Origin: Rhina ancylostomus
Taxonomy: Eukaryota
Direction: 5' to 3'
Length of the DNA stretch: 64,000 nucleotides
Assembly: GCA_030265395.1 (NCBI GenBank)
Contig: JARFYF010000064.1
Location: 9,952,629 to 10,016,628 of the forward strand
Under the pieces are notes generated by a model. That model had not been told where the DNA came from and did not search any database. It saw only the letters and a list, made by a program, of their open reading frames with translations. Of this stretch, positions 24,140 through 35,809 are shown piece by piece. How positions within the stretch are numbered: the first letter of the stretch is position 1; every line of letters begins with the position of its first letter. A program made the translations under genes and the position numbers.

Positions 24140-24512
24140 GTGGGAAGGGAATCAGTGGGAGGAGTGTGTGGGTGATGAGCAGCTGGAGTGGGTGGAGGAA
24201 GGGAATGAGACAGAGTACTGGGGGCTGGGTAGTTCAGGAGGAGAGGGAAAAGGGACAAACATGGAGCATTTTACCAGAAGCTGGAGATTTCAGTTCAACC
24301 TGGATCCACCTATCGCCTGCCAGTTCTTGTTCCACCACTTCCCTTCACCTTTTTACATTGGCTATTTCCCCTCCATCTTCCAGTCCAGATGAAGGGTCTC
24401 CATCCAAAATGTGGACTGTCCATTTCCCTCCATAGATGCTGCCTGACCCGCTGAGTTCCTCTAGCCTTTTGTGTGTTGCTCCAGATTCCAGCATCCGCAG
24501 TCTCTTGTGTCT
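24140..24512 (+). mobile_element. Penelope pLTR with an inverted purine-rich segment
   Basis: cagtccagatgaagggtctccatccaaaatgtggactg...gatgctgcctgacccgctgagttcctc. Confidence 0.75.
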
Positions 24513-25479
24513 CTATTAATGAACTGTGATTGGGGATATTACAGCGTGCTGACACCAACAGTAATGAAGGTATTAAAGTATGCTGAAACAACAGTGATGG
24601 AAATATCACAGTGTCCCTGCCACATTAGTGATGGGGACATTGCGGTCTGCTGACACACTGTAACGGTGATTTTATTGTGTGCTGCAACAATATTAATCGG
24701 GGTGGTGAAATCAACTTTTCGACTCATTTGCTGAAGCATATGAGAGTATAGGTCTCACACTCAACATAGCAGTGGGAAAATTAATGTGTTCTGACATGCA
24801 GCGTTGGAGATTATTACAGAGTAGTAACACACAGTGATGATATTACTGTGAAAACAAGAAGATATTACAACGAGTTACCACAATAATAATGGAGATATAA
24901 CATTGTGCTGAAAGTTGTATTGGAGATATTATAGCAATCAAAATATTACAGTTGTTGCTCAGCAGTGATGGAGATAATGCAACACAGCTAGAACAATGAT
25001 AGAGATATCAGTGAACTGCCACCACACTGCAACAGATTTGGGGATGTTTCAGAGTTCTGAAACAATAGTAATGGAGATATTACAGTTTGCTGAAAAAGTA
25101 ATGATGGAGATATTACCAAACTCTGACATAATAGTGATGGGGATAGCCATGTAAAGGAACAACAGTCAGAAAGATATGACAGTTATGACAAGTGTTATGG
25201 ACATCTATATGCTGGCACAGCTGTAATAGGGATATTATAGTGTGCTGTTACAAAGTAATGGAGATATTACAGTGTGCTGAAACAATGGTGGTGGATATAT
25301 TACCGTGAACCACAACATGTATGGAGATATAACAACATGCTGAAACAATGCAAATGAAAATATTACAATATGATGCCACAAAAGTAATGGAGGTGTTCAA
25401 GTGTAGTGAAATAATGCAATGGATATATTGATGTGAGCTGCCAAAAAGAGTGATGAATATATTAGTAACATAGAAAATA

Positions 25480-26960
25480 GAAGCAACAAGAGGCCATTCA
25501 CACCTGGGGCCTGATCTACTGTTCAATACAATTATGGCAGATCATCCACTTCACTTCCCTCTCCCCATTACCTCTTTGGAATTAAGAAATATATCTATCT
25601 CCTTCTTGAATATGTTTATTGGTTTGGTCTCCATTGCCTTTTGTGGGAGAATTGCATGGGTTCATCACTTTCTGGATGAACAGATTTCTCCTGATACCCC
25701 ATATCCTGAGGCTGTGACCACCATTCATGACTCTTTAGCCACTGGCAACATGGTCCCATTTATTTAATCCTGTCTGGAGTTTATTAATTTCTGTGAGATA
25801 TCCTCTCATTTTTTTGTACTTCAGTGAACGTAAGCCTGACTGACCCAATCTCTCCACATATGTCAGTTCCTCCATTCCAAGAATCAGAAAAATACCTGGA
25901 GATTCACAGCGTTATAGAGCACAGAAACAGGCCCTTTGGCACAACTCATCCATGCCGACCAAGATGCCTATCTAAGCTAATCTCATTTCCCTGCATTTGG
26001 CCAATATCCCTTTAAACCTTTCCTATCCATGTACCTGTCCAAATGTCTTTTGAACATTTTAATTGTACCTGAATCTGTCACCTCCTCTGGCAGTTCATTC
26101 CATTTACCCCACCATCCTATGTGTGGAAAACTTGCCCCTCAGATCCCCTTTAGATCTTTCCCTTCTCACCTAAAATCTAGACTCCCCTACCTTGGGAAAA
26201 AGACTGTGACTATGTATCTATGCTCCTCATAATTTTATAAACCTCTATAAGGTTATCCCTCAGCCTCCTTCACAGAGAAAGCAGTTCCAGTTGATCCAAT
26301 CTCTCCTTATAACTCAAGCCCTCCTGTTCTTGTGAATTATTTCTCCATCCTCTCTAGCTTAATTAAATCCTTCTTATCATGTGGTGACCAGAACCACACA
26401 CCCAATACTCCAAGTGTGGTCCAACCAACACTTTGTGCAACTATAACATGTCCCAATTCATGTATTCATTGCTATGGCTGAAGGAGGCAAGCATGCCATA
26501 CACCTTCTTTACCACCCAGTCTACCTGTATTGGCACTTCCAGGGAAATATATTGCACTTCGGTCTCTCTCTGTTCAATACCACTCTCCAGGACCCTGCCA
26601 TTCATGGTGTATGCCCTGGCCTGGTTTAACTTCCCAGAATGCATCACTTTTCACTTGTCTGAGCTAAATTCCGTCTGCCATTCCTCTGCCACTTTCCCAG
26701 TTGATCAATAACCTGTTGCAATGGTAAACCACCTTCTTCACTGTCCACTATACCACCAATGTCGGTGTCATTTGCAAACTTACTAATCTACCTTTCCATT
26801 TTTGGAATGAATGTGAATACCCCAAGATTCCACATTAAAATACATCTGCCCTGCATTTTCCCACTCACCCAACTTGTCTAAATCACACGGGGTCCTCTCT
26901 GCACCCTCCGCATAGCTCAGATTATGTCCCCACCCCTGCCCACCAGCCGCTTCCACCTTT
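25480..26960 (-). mobile_element. Nested CR1 LINE fragments (RT C-terminal region and 3' end)
   Basis: ORF 26441-26647 reads QVDWVVKKVYGMLASF. A younger 3' end (cacagaaacaggccctttggc) starts at ~25905 inside an older copy. Confidence 0.85.
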
Positions 26961-29747
26961 TTAGTGTAGTCTGTATAACCAGAGATATCAGTGTGCTGAT
27001 GGAGATATTGTGCTCCAGTAAGGGAGATATTACAGTGTGCTGAAACACAGTGATGGATTGATTACAGTGAGCTTCCCCAACTTTTATGAGAATGTGTGCT
27101 GAAACAATAGCAGTGGGGATATTACAGCGTGATGCTACAACGCCAATGGAGATATCACAGTGAGTTTCAGCAACAATGATATAGATGTTACAGCATGTTG
27201 ACACAACAGAGAGAGTGATATTATTATGTGCCACTACAAAAGTAATGGAGATATTAAAGAATGATGGAACACAGTAATGGAGGGAATCACCTTGAGATGC
27301 CAAAACACTGACGGAGATATCACAGTGATTTAAAAGGATATAATAATGTCCTAAAGTACTGGGGATATTACCATTTGATGGTCTAACAATGGTGTAGAGT
27401 TACATTGAGCTACAAAAACAGTGATGAGGACATTACAGAGTTCTGATACAATAGTGGTGCAGCTGTTACAGTGGGCTGACACACAGTGTTGAGGATATTA
27501 CATTGCACTGAAACAACAATGATAAAGATGTTACAGTGCACTTCCACAAGATTTATGTTGACATCACAGCATGCAGAAAGAAGATGATGGAGGTATTACA
27601 GTGTGATTCTACAACAGTGATGGAGATATAATAGTATGTATATTGAAATAAAAGTGATAAAGATATTACGCTGAGCTTTCACAGCAGGGATGGAGATGCA
27701 GAAAACAGTATTAGGGATATTGCGGTGTGCTACCACAAGTGTTGGAGATCATGTAGTATTCTGGCATGCAATGATGGGGCATTACAATGTGCTGACACAC
27801 AGTGATAGAATTGTTACAGTATGCTGCCACAACAGTGCTGGTGATATTGCAGTATTCTGGCACACAGCAATGGAGATACTTTGGTGTGCAGACACACAGC
27901 AATGAGGATATTACAGTAAACTGCCACAACATTAATGAAGATATTACAGTTTGCTGACACAATGGTGATGATATTATATTGTACTGAAACAACAATGTTA
28001 TGATATTACTGTGTGCTGACACAGTAACAGTGTGATGCCACAATAGTGATGGGGATGTTACAGGTTGCTGCCACAAGAGTCATGGATACATTTTTGTGCT
28101 GAAACTAATGGGGAAAACTACAGTGTGTAATCACAGTGTGCTGACACAGGTAACAGAGGTATTACAGTGTGCTGAAACAATAGTGAAGAGGATTTTGCAA
28201 GGTTTTTCCCCACAGCAGAGCATATTACAATGGGCTGATACACAGTCATGGGGATATTACAATGTTGTATAATGACAGTGTGTTGATACAAATGTGCTTT
28301 TATTATTGCTGTGTGCAGGGATAACATTATAGATATTGCAATTTGCTGATGCAGCAGTGATGTGGATATCTCAGTGTGCTGAGCACTGCTGTGGTGGGGA
28401 TAATATAGAGTACAGTTGATGGTTTTTACAAAGTGTTTACAATGCAATGCAGTGGATTTTTCCACCATCTTTATCCTGTTGGAACCTGAGGTTTGAACCT
28501 TTTATTCTCTGTATATTCCATCCCTACTGAGTATTGCTCACTCTCTTTACTCTGCAGCTTCAGAAACCTGCCACTGACAGAGGTAGATGGTCCAAAGTGG
28601 TTCACTCTGTTGCATGTAATTGGTCCCTTCTGTTCCTGACTAAACTCTTGGGTTTCATTTAATATGAAAAAGTGATTGGTCCAGAAGAGTTTCTCCCCTT
28701 CAGGTTGAGTACCGATTTGAATTGATTATTTATTCCCAAACTCCTCAAGTTATCAGCCACCTGACAACTGGTCAATTGCCTTCTCGTATGCTGACTGACC
28801 TGCTGTGAATTTTCAGCAATCAGTTTGTTTTATTATTATAAGTAAAAGGAATATTTGTGGCTGTAAACTGCCATTGGATATATCCACAGGAACTTATTGA
28901 CAGATTACTGAAATACTAAACAGATGTTTGTTTGGAAAGGCACCCACTTCATTGAGTCCCAGTGCTTTGATCCATGAGACCTTACCATCAGCTACTTCGG
29001 AAAATATTCCGACGAAGTCATCTGAGTTGAATTGATGTGTGAATAGCAAAAAGCCAGTATGCTTTCATTCCATTCTAACACCATTCTTAAACTCAAGTGT
29101 CTCCTTCACTGACCTGCTCTGTTGAACAAGAGATGGAAGATGAAGTTTCGAGCTCTCAAATTCTTTCACTGCTGATGCTGTCAGTGCATTTGTGCTTCAC
29201 TCAGCCCTATCCTCAGTGAACAAACATTTCTTTAACTGTAAACACCATCAAAACATTCAGCCACACACGTATTTTAGGCTTTGAATAAATGTCAAACAGC
29301 ATTTGTTTAATCTAAGGCGTGCTTGTGGAGATGACGAAGGATTATACTGACTGGGAGTAATTAAATCTCTTTCACCTTGTATTATTATTCCCAGACCTCC
29401 AGTAAAAGTGACTGATCTGCAGCTTATGGAGAGATCTAGCTCATGGGATCAACAGCATAATCTTGTTTTATATGTAAAACCTCCAAATCATAACAGTGTG
29501 CTATGCTGAAATCGCAAAGCACTGAATTTATTTCCAAACTTTAAAATGATGGCACATTTCATTCTGTCAGACATTTTCTGTCTTTACAATGTCCTGGAAT
29601 TTCTGGGGAGGTCTCATCCATCACACTCCCTGTTAGCCTAAATTCACATTGCACTCCTCCACCACTTCCAGGAAAGTAACACTAGCAACAAAGATTCTCC
29701 CAGAGCCAACAGTGCATGTCCTAGATGATGGCAGGGTCTTTCACATA

Positions 29748-29970
29748 CTCTTAGTGGTGTGGAGGAACAGACAGATCTTGGGGTCCACGTCCATAGATCC
29801 CTCAAGGTTGCCACGCAGATTGATAGGGTTATTAAGAAGGTGTATGGTATGTTGGCCTTCATTCATCTGGGTATTGAGTTCAAGAGACGCAACGTAATGT
29901 TGCAGCTCTATAAAACTCTGGTTAGACCACACTTGGAGTATTGTGTTCAGTTCTGGTCGCCTCATTATAG
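29748..29970 (+). mobile_element. CR1 LINE ORF2 fragment
   Basis: EEQTDLGVHVHRSLKVATQIDRVIKKVYGMLAFI..GIEFK..VMLQLYKTLVRPHLEYCVQFWSPHY. Confidence 0.95.
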
Positions 29971-30070
29971 NNNNNNNNNNNNNNNNNNNNNNNNNNNNNN
30001 NNNNNNNNNNNNNNNNNNNNNNNNNNNNNNNNNNNNNNNNNNNNNNNNNNNNNNNNNNNNNNNNNNNNNN

Positions 30071-30470
30071 AGAGTTCTATAGAGCTGCAACATTACCTGG
30101 CAGCTCTTGAACTCAATACCCCGACTAATGAAGACCAACACACCATACGCCTTCTTAACAACCCTATCGACCTGCGCGGCAACCTTGAGGGATCTATGGA
30201 CATAGACCCCAAGATCCCTCTGTTCCTCCACACTGCTAAGACCCCTGCCATTTACCTTGTATTCTGCCTTCAAATTCGATTTTCCAAAGTGTATCACTTC
30301 AACACGGGTTCAACTCCATCTGCCACTTCTCAGCCCAGCTTGGCATCCTATCAATGTCCTGTTGTAACCTACAGCAACCTTCCACACTATCCACACCACT
30401 GCCAACTTTCATGTCATCAGCAAAGTTACTAACCCAGCCTTCCACATCCTCATCCAAGTCATTTATAAAA
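30071..30470 (-). mobile_element. CR1 LINE ORF2 RT fragment, opposite orientation
   Basis: IFINDLDEDVEGWVSNFADDMKV (RT catalytic FADD) and EEQRDLGVYVHRSLKVAAQVDRVVKKAYG. Confidence 0.95.
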
Positions 30471-31209
30471 ATGAGGGAGAACTTTTCTGGTCGTCTTTGG
30501 AACAGAGTACCTGGGGTAGACAAGGGTTTGATTTTATGCCCCATCCAAAAACAAGTACATCTGACCCTGTAATGCACCCTCTTTACTGTGGAGAATTGCC
30601 AGCCTAAGTTTTGTGCTCAAATCTCTGGAGTACACCTTGAACTTGCACTTGTCCTGACTCAGGGGTGAGAGTGCAGGCTCCAGTCATTTCTACAACTTTG
30701 CCGCACCCGAACAAAAAAAAATACCGTTCCATGGATCTTGGTTGATCACTCATGAAGTGGGGGTCACACAGACTGTCGGAGAGAGTGGTGGAAGCAGAGT
30801 CACTGACAACATTTAAGAAGTATCGAGATGAGCACCTGATTCCCCCGGGCATTAGAAGGCTTGCACCAAGTGGGGTTAATTCAGATGGGTGCCCACTGGC
30901 CATGTGATGAAGGTCCTCTTTCCATGCTGTCTGAACTATGACTCTATGTCATCCTGTTTCTTGGATAAATCCATATTTTCCAACATCCCACAGAAATGAC
31001 TTGCTGAATCATCTAATGATTACAGCTGCACAACAGGTTAATAGATTGCGTCAATGATAATATTTTTCCTTTGAAATTACGAGATTGTGGGTCTAACTTC
31101 AATTCCAGGATTTAATAATTCCAAACCTGCGAGTCAGCTGCATTGACTGAGACACTGTCTTTCAGACAATACACCAAACCAAAGTCTTGGTCGCTAGTTC
31201 TGGTTTTCA

Positions 31210-31810
31210 AGTTGCAGGAGGAAGATATAAGGGGGTGTCAGGGGTAAGTTTTTTACACAGAGAGCAGTGGGTGCATGGAACGCACTGCTGGCAGAGGTTG
31301 TTGGGGCAGATACATTAGGGACATTTAAGAGCTTCTTAGATGGACACATGAATGATAGAAAAATAGAGGGCTATGTGGGAGGGAAGGGTTAGATAGATCT
31401 TAGAGGAGGATAAAATGTTGGCACAACATTGTGGGCTGAAGGGCCTGTACTGTGCTGCATTGTTTGATGTTCTATGTAATCATGGAGAGATAGATCACAG
31501 AAACAGGACCTTCAGCCCACCAAGCTTGTACTGACCATCAATCACCAATTTACACTAATCCTACATTAATTCCACATTTTTTTATATTCCCCTCACTCTC
31601 GTCATATCTGCCAAGATTCTACATGCCGGGGACAATTCACAATGGCCAATTAACCTACCAATCTGCACATCTTTGAAATGTGGGAGGAAACTGGAGCACC
31701 CAGAGGAATCCACAGAGTGACAGTGAGAACATGCAAACTCCACAAACATCCAGGGTCAGGATTGAACCTGGGTCTCTGGTGCTGTGGGCAGCGGCTCTAC
31801 TAGCTGTGAT
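31210..31810. mobile_element. CR1 3' end (+, ~31210-31478) abutting an HE1-type SINE (-, ~31480-31810)
   Basis: ttttacacagagagcagtgggtgcatggaac...gggctgaagggcctgtactgtgctg, then ggccaattaacctaccaa...gtcaggattgaacctgggtc. Confidence 0.8.
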
Positions 31811-32784
31811 ATGAAAAGTAACCAAGGCACATGTGTGGGCGAATTAAACCCCACCCATAAATCCTCAGAAGACTTCTAGAACTTCTAACTGATGAAAAAG
31901 CATTGCCCCTCCCTGCCCACTTTATCGTCTCTCAAAGCTGTCAAGATTTCCAATGCCTCTGAAAGAAAATTAAAAACAAAATTGCAAACACAGATAATTA
32001 GAAAAGGTATTTGTATTATTTTTACCTCTCGTCCTTGCAGATGAAAATCCCAGTTTAATGAATGGGCAGTAACTCGACACATGATACAGAGCAGATTCCC
32101 CAGTGTACGGGCTGGGAATTTTCAGCATGTTGCTGCATCCACCCATGAGTCCCAAACCTGCTGGAACTGATGAGGATAAGTGTGGGGAACTGGTGGCAAA
32201 ACCAGCAAACTCCACGCTAAAGTGTATCTGAGTAAACGGAGTGCGTGGCCAAACCAAAACATTGTCATCCATGTTGCACATTCTAATTAATGTCTTCCTT
32301 TCTGTCACAGTGCGTGTGGTTAACAGGGTAGGCCACCCTGAGAAAATAGCCCAGACTGTTTTGATGCAGAATAGTGCTGGCTTAATGTTCAGTATTCACA
32401 GTGATAAAGGCTACTTAATTCATTTATAAATATGTTGCAGATTTTGTCTTTATTTCTATTTGTTTAGAAGCCTGAGGTANNNNNNNNNNNNNNNNNNNNN
32501 NNNNNNNNNNNNNNNNNNNNNNNNNNNNNNNNNNNNNNNNNNNNNNNNNNNNNNNNNNNNNNNNNNNNNNNNNNNNNNNGGGGCACTGATCTTTGGTCTG
32601 GTTACATTTTGACAAGATGGGCTGGGATCTCACAACCATACATAAGGTGCTGGGGTGGAGAAGTGCAAAGCCTGTATAAAACTGATGGGAAGTTCCTGAA
32701 GAAACCTCCCCTCTTCTTGGAGACGGTGTTGTGCTTGTGGGTTGCATCTCTCCACTGGTCCTCTCTCTCTCCCATGGATGGAAC

Positions 32785-33190
32785 ATGCTGCTGGTGCTAC
32801 ATAAATGTGGCTCTTGTTCCTGCTGGTACATTTCCTTTTGCTGGTGCAATTCCTGCTGGTGCTGTTCCTGCTCTGGAAGGAAGAGCTTCTGTTCCTGCTG
32901 GTGCAACTCATGCTGTTGCTCCTTCTGCTCTTGCTGGTGTTTCTCCTGCTGGTGCTTCTCCTCCTCCTGCTGGTGCTGCCCCCCCCCCCACAGCCAGTGC
33001 TGTTCCTGTACAGCTGGTGTGATTCCTATTCCTGCTGGTGCTGCTCCTCTCGGCCCAACTCCTGCTGCTCTTGTTCCTGTTGGTGCTCTTCCTGCTGGTT
33101 CAGTTCCTGTTGGGTTGCTCCTTTCCTGCTGGTACTCCTCCTAATCCTGCTGATATGGTTTTGCTCCTTCTGGTCCTGCCCTGGACCCAG
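32785..33190. repeat. Degenerate 15-bp minisatellite (cctgctggtgctgtt)
   Basis: Recurrent (t)cctgctggt at roughly 15-bp multiples. Translates as PAGAV-like units (+) or QQEQH-like units (-). Confidence 0.8.
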
Positions 33191-33407
33191 TTACTCCCTA
33201 TCCTTAGTGGGATTGGTCTTCCTTTCACGTACAGTTATCCCTTTACCTTGATCCCCTTGTCAATTCCAGAGTGTCAAGGAGCTCATAAGATTTTCTTTTT
33301 ATTGTTCTCCATTGGCCTCCAGGCCAGAATGNNNNNNNNNNNNNNNNNNNNNNNNNNNNNNNNNNNNNNNNNNNNNNNNNNNNNNNNNNNNNNNNNNNNN
33401 NNNNNNN

Positions 33408-33680
33408 GACCTCTGGTGCTGTCTGTGCAGAGTTTACACATTCTCTCTGTGACCGTGTGGATATCCTCTGGTTTCTCCCCACATCAAGTTGGTAGGTTAA
33501 TTGCCTATTGTAAATAGCCCCTAGTGTGTAGCTAGGCAGTAGAAGCTGGTCAGAATGTGGGGACAACAAATGGGATCAGTATAGGATTTGTGTAAATGGA
33601 TGTTTGATGGTTGTCACGGGCTATGTGGGCTGAAGGGCCTGTGTCCATGCAGTAACTCTCTATGGCTCTATGACTATGAC
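33408..33680 (+). mobile_element. HE1-type SINE
   Basis: ggtgctgtctgtgcagagtttacacattctc...ggtaggttaattgcc...gggctgaagggcctgtgtccatgc. Confidence 0.8.
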
Positions 33681-33974
33681 AGTTCCTGTGACCCACATAC
33701 TGACTGAACTGCTGCTGCTGGGACAGGGTTGTTGATGCCACCGAGCACAGTTCATGGAGTTCAAGCCCTTTGAGATGATTTCCTATTGATGTGTTGTATG
33801 TTCATGAATTTGTCACCATTTAACTCAATAGGTGCAGCTTCTGAGCACCCCTGGGTGAGATGGGGCTGGGTTAACTCCCACACACATACATTGATGACAA
33901 TCTGCCTTCATTGCCTGTAGACCTTACATTCAAATCAATAGCCTAGATTTTGCTCCACTCCATTGCTTTAGAAT

Positions 33975-34295
33975 ACAGCAAGGACACAGAGTTCACACCA
34001 ACATTCACTCACATTAATCTCATTTTCAATTCTCCCCACATTCTCATCAACTTCACCCAGATTCCACCACTCACCTACTGTCCAGGGACAACTTACAGCG
34101 GTCAGTAACCTACCAACTCACACATCTTTGGGATGTGGAAGGAAACCGGAGCACCCAGGGGAAACACTCACATGATCACAGGGGAAACACTCACATGATC
34201 ACAGGGAAAACTCCACACAGACAGCACCGGAGGTCAGGATTGAACCCAGGTGTCTGGTGCTGTGAGGCTGCACCTCTCCGAACTGCACCACCCAT
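33975..34295 (-). mobile_element. HE1-type SINE with an internal 23-bp tandem duplication
   Basis: catctttgggatgtggaaggaaaccggagcaccc; caggggaaacactcacatgatca occurs twice (34156, 34179). Confidence 0.8.
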
Positions 34296-35099
34296 GCTGT
34301 CCTTGTGTGTCACTCAGGTGTGGTTTGTGAAAGCTGCATAAAGGGAAAGAACAGCATACTAACTGTGGCACCATGCGATGAATTAAGTCCTTGCATAACC
34401 AGCACACCGTTTCCTATTGACCTGTTGCATGTTCACAGGTTTGTCATTTAACTCAACAGGTGCAGCCAGCTCTTAAAGAGATGGTTCTTAAAGGGACATA
34501 ATACAGTACATGCAACACTCTTGCAGATGCAGGGGAGTGTTGTTACAGAATGAATGAATGCCACAGTGGTAGTTATGAGAGTTTAACCCTTGAGACCAGA
34601 GCTACCAGGACATCCTTTTGAAGCTTGTTCAGAGCACAAAGGAGCCACAGAAACTCTCCACAGTTACAGCCAAACTTCACTGGCACGTCACTGGAATTTG
34701 ACATTTTAAAATTCCCTTTACCATGACCACAAGGACGTGAGTGAAGCTATGAATGACAGTACAGGCCAATGCCTGCACTCATTCTGCCTGCTCCGAAGGG
34801 CTGAAAGAAAAGTAGGTGAAGTCTCCTTCCTGTATGACCCACAACTGTGAACAGCAAACCATGGGATGTACTGAGGTTAGCAGGAGCAGTCCTGTGGAAT
34901 GGTCCTGAGGCTAGAAAGCTGAGAGTGACGCAGATCCTGACCTGCATGGCAAAGGTGTGAAAGTATATGTGAGGTCACAGGAGGTGACAGAGCTCAGCAA
35001 GGACAACAAACACAGTATGAGTGTCAGAGCATGGGAAATGGATTGAGTAAAGCTTGATTCTTCTTAGCAATAAAGAGCTGTCATTCTTCAGACCAAAGA

Positions 35100-35465
35100 G
35101 GTTGTTGATCTCCGACCCCCACCATGCTTCCCTTCTTCCCTCTCCTAGCCTATCTCTCTTTTTTCTACCTCTTTTTTCCTTTCTCTCCTCACCTTTGACC
35201 CATTCCTCTGGTGGATCTGCTCTCCCCTCCTCCCTCACACCCGCCTATCACTCCCTCTTACCTGCATCTACTATCACCACCTTGTTCCCACCCTGCCTCC
35301 CCTCTTTTGTTCACCTATCACTGCTCTGATCTTCCCTCCTAGATATTGGGCTTCCCCTTTTCCTATCTTCAGTCCTGAAGAAGGGTCCTGATCCGAAACG
35401 TTGACCGCCTGCTTTTCTCCATCGCCTGGCCTGCTGAGTTCCTCCAGCATCATAGTGTTTTTCAT
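35100..35465 (+). mobile_element. Penelope pLTR (pyrimidine-rich body and conserved end), young copy
   Basis: The end is nearly identical to 8062-8158, which is linked to a GIY-YIG remnant. Confidence 0.8.
35370..35407 (+). ncRNA. Minimal type I hammerhead ribozyme motif (Penelope-associated)
   Basis: CAGUC (stem I) - CUGAAGA - A - GGGU[CCUG]AUCC (stem II) - GAAA - C - GUU - GACCG (stem I'). The core boxes are intact and stem III is reduced to the palindrome ACGU. Confidence 0.7.
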
Positions 35466-35809
35466 ATTGATTCCATCAGTCCTTTCTCTAGGTTGTTGAT
35501 CTCACTGCAGCTAAACTTTTCATGTTACATGGCAGTTGACATGATTTGTAAGAGTTTTACACTGAAAAAAGTGCTAGGGAGAATGAAATTCCCACAGAAA
35601 AATGAGACAACTTTCCTGACAGGCACTAGGGCACCTGGAAATGTTCACAAACTGATCAATTCCAGGTTAAGCCAATTTTCAACAGCACAGTGCATTTTAT
35701 ATTTGGAGTTATGTGAACACATTTCTAGCCCAAGTGTTCAGAGCAAAGCAGAGCTATGAAAGTCATCAGAATCACAATCTGGGTGGTTATGAAGGGACTT
35801 TACTTCATT

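Larger units (their letters stand above)
23300..28440. repeat. Ancient degenerate ~33-bp satellite, fragmented by later insertions
   Basis: Unit ~gatggagatattacagtgtgctgaaacaacagt, with 33-bp periodicity at 27116/27149/27182. Blocks at ~23300-23490, 24520-25470 and 26980-28440. Confidence 0.9.

Noticed and set aside
23300-28440. CRISPR-like ~33-bp periodicity
   Set aside because: The units are contiguous degenerate monomers with no unique spacers, there are no cas genes, and the context is vertebrate.
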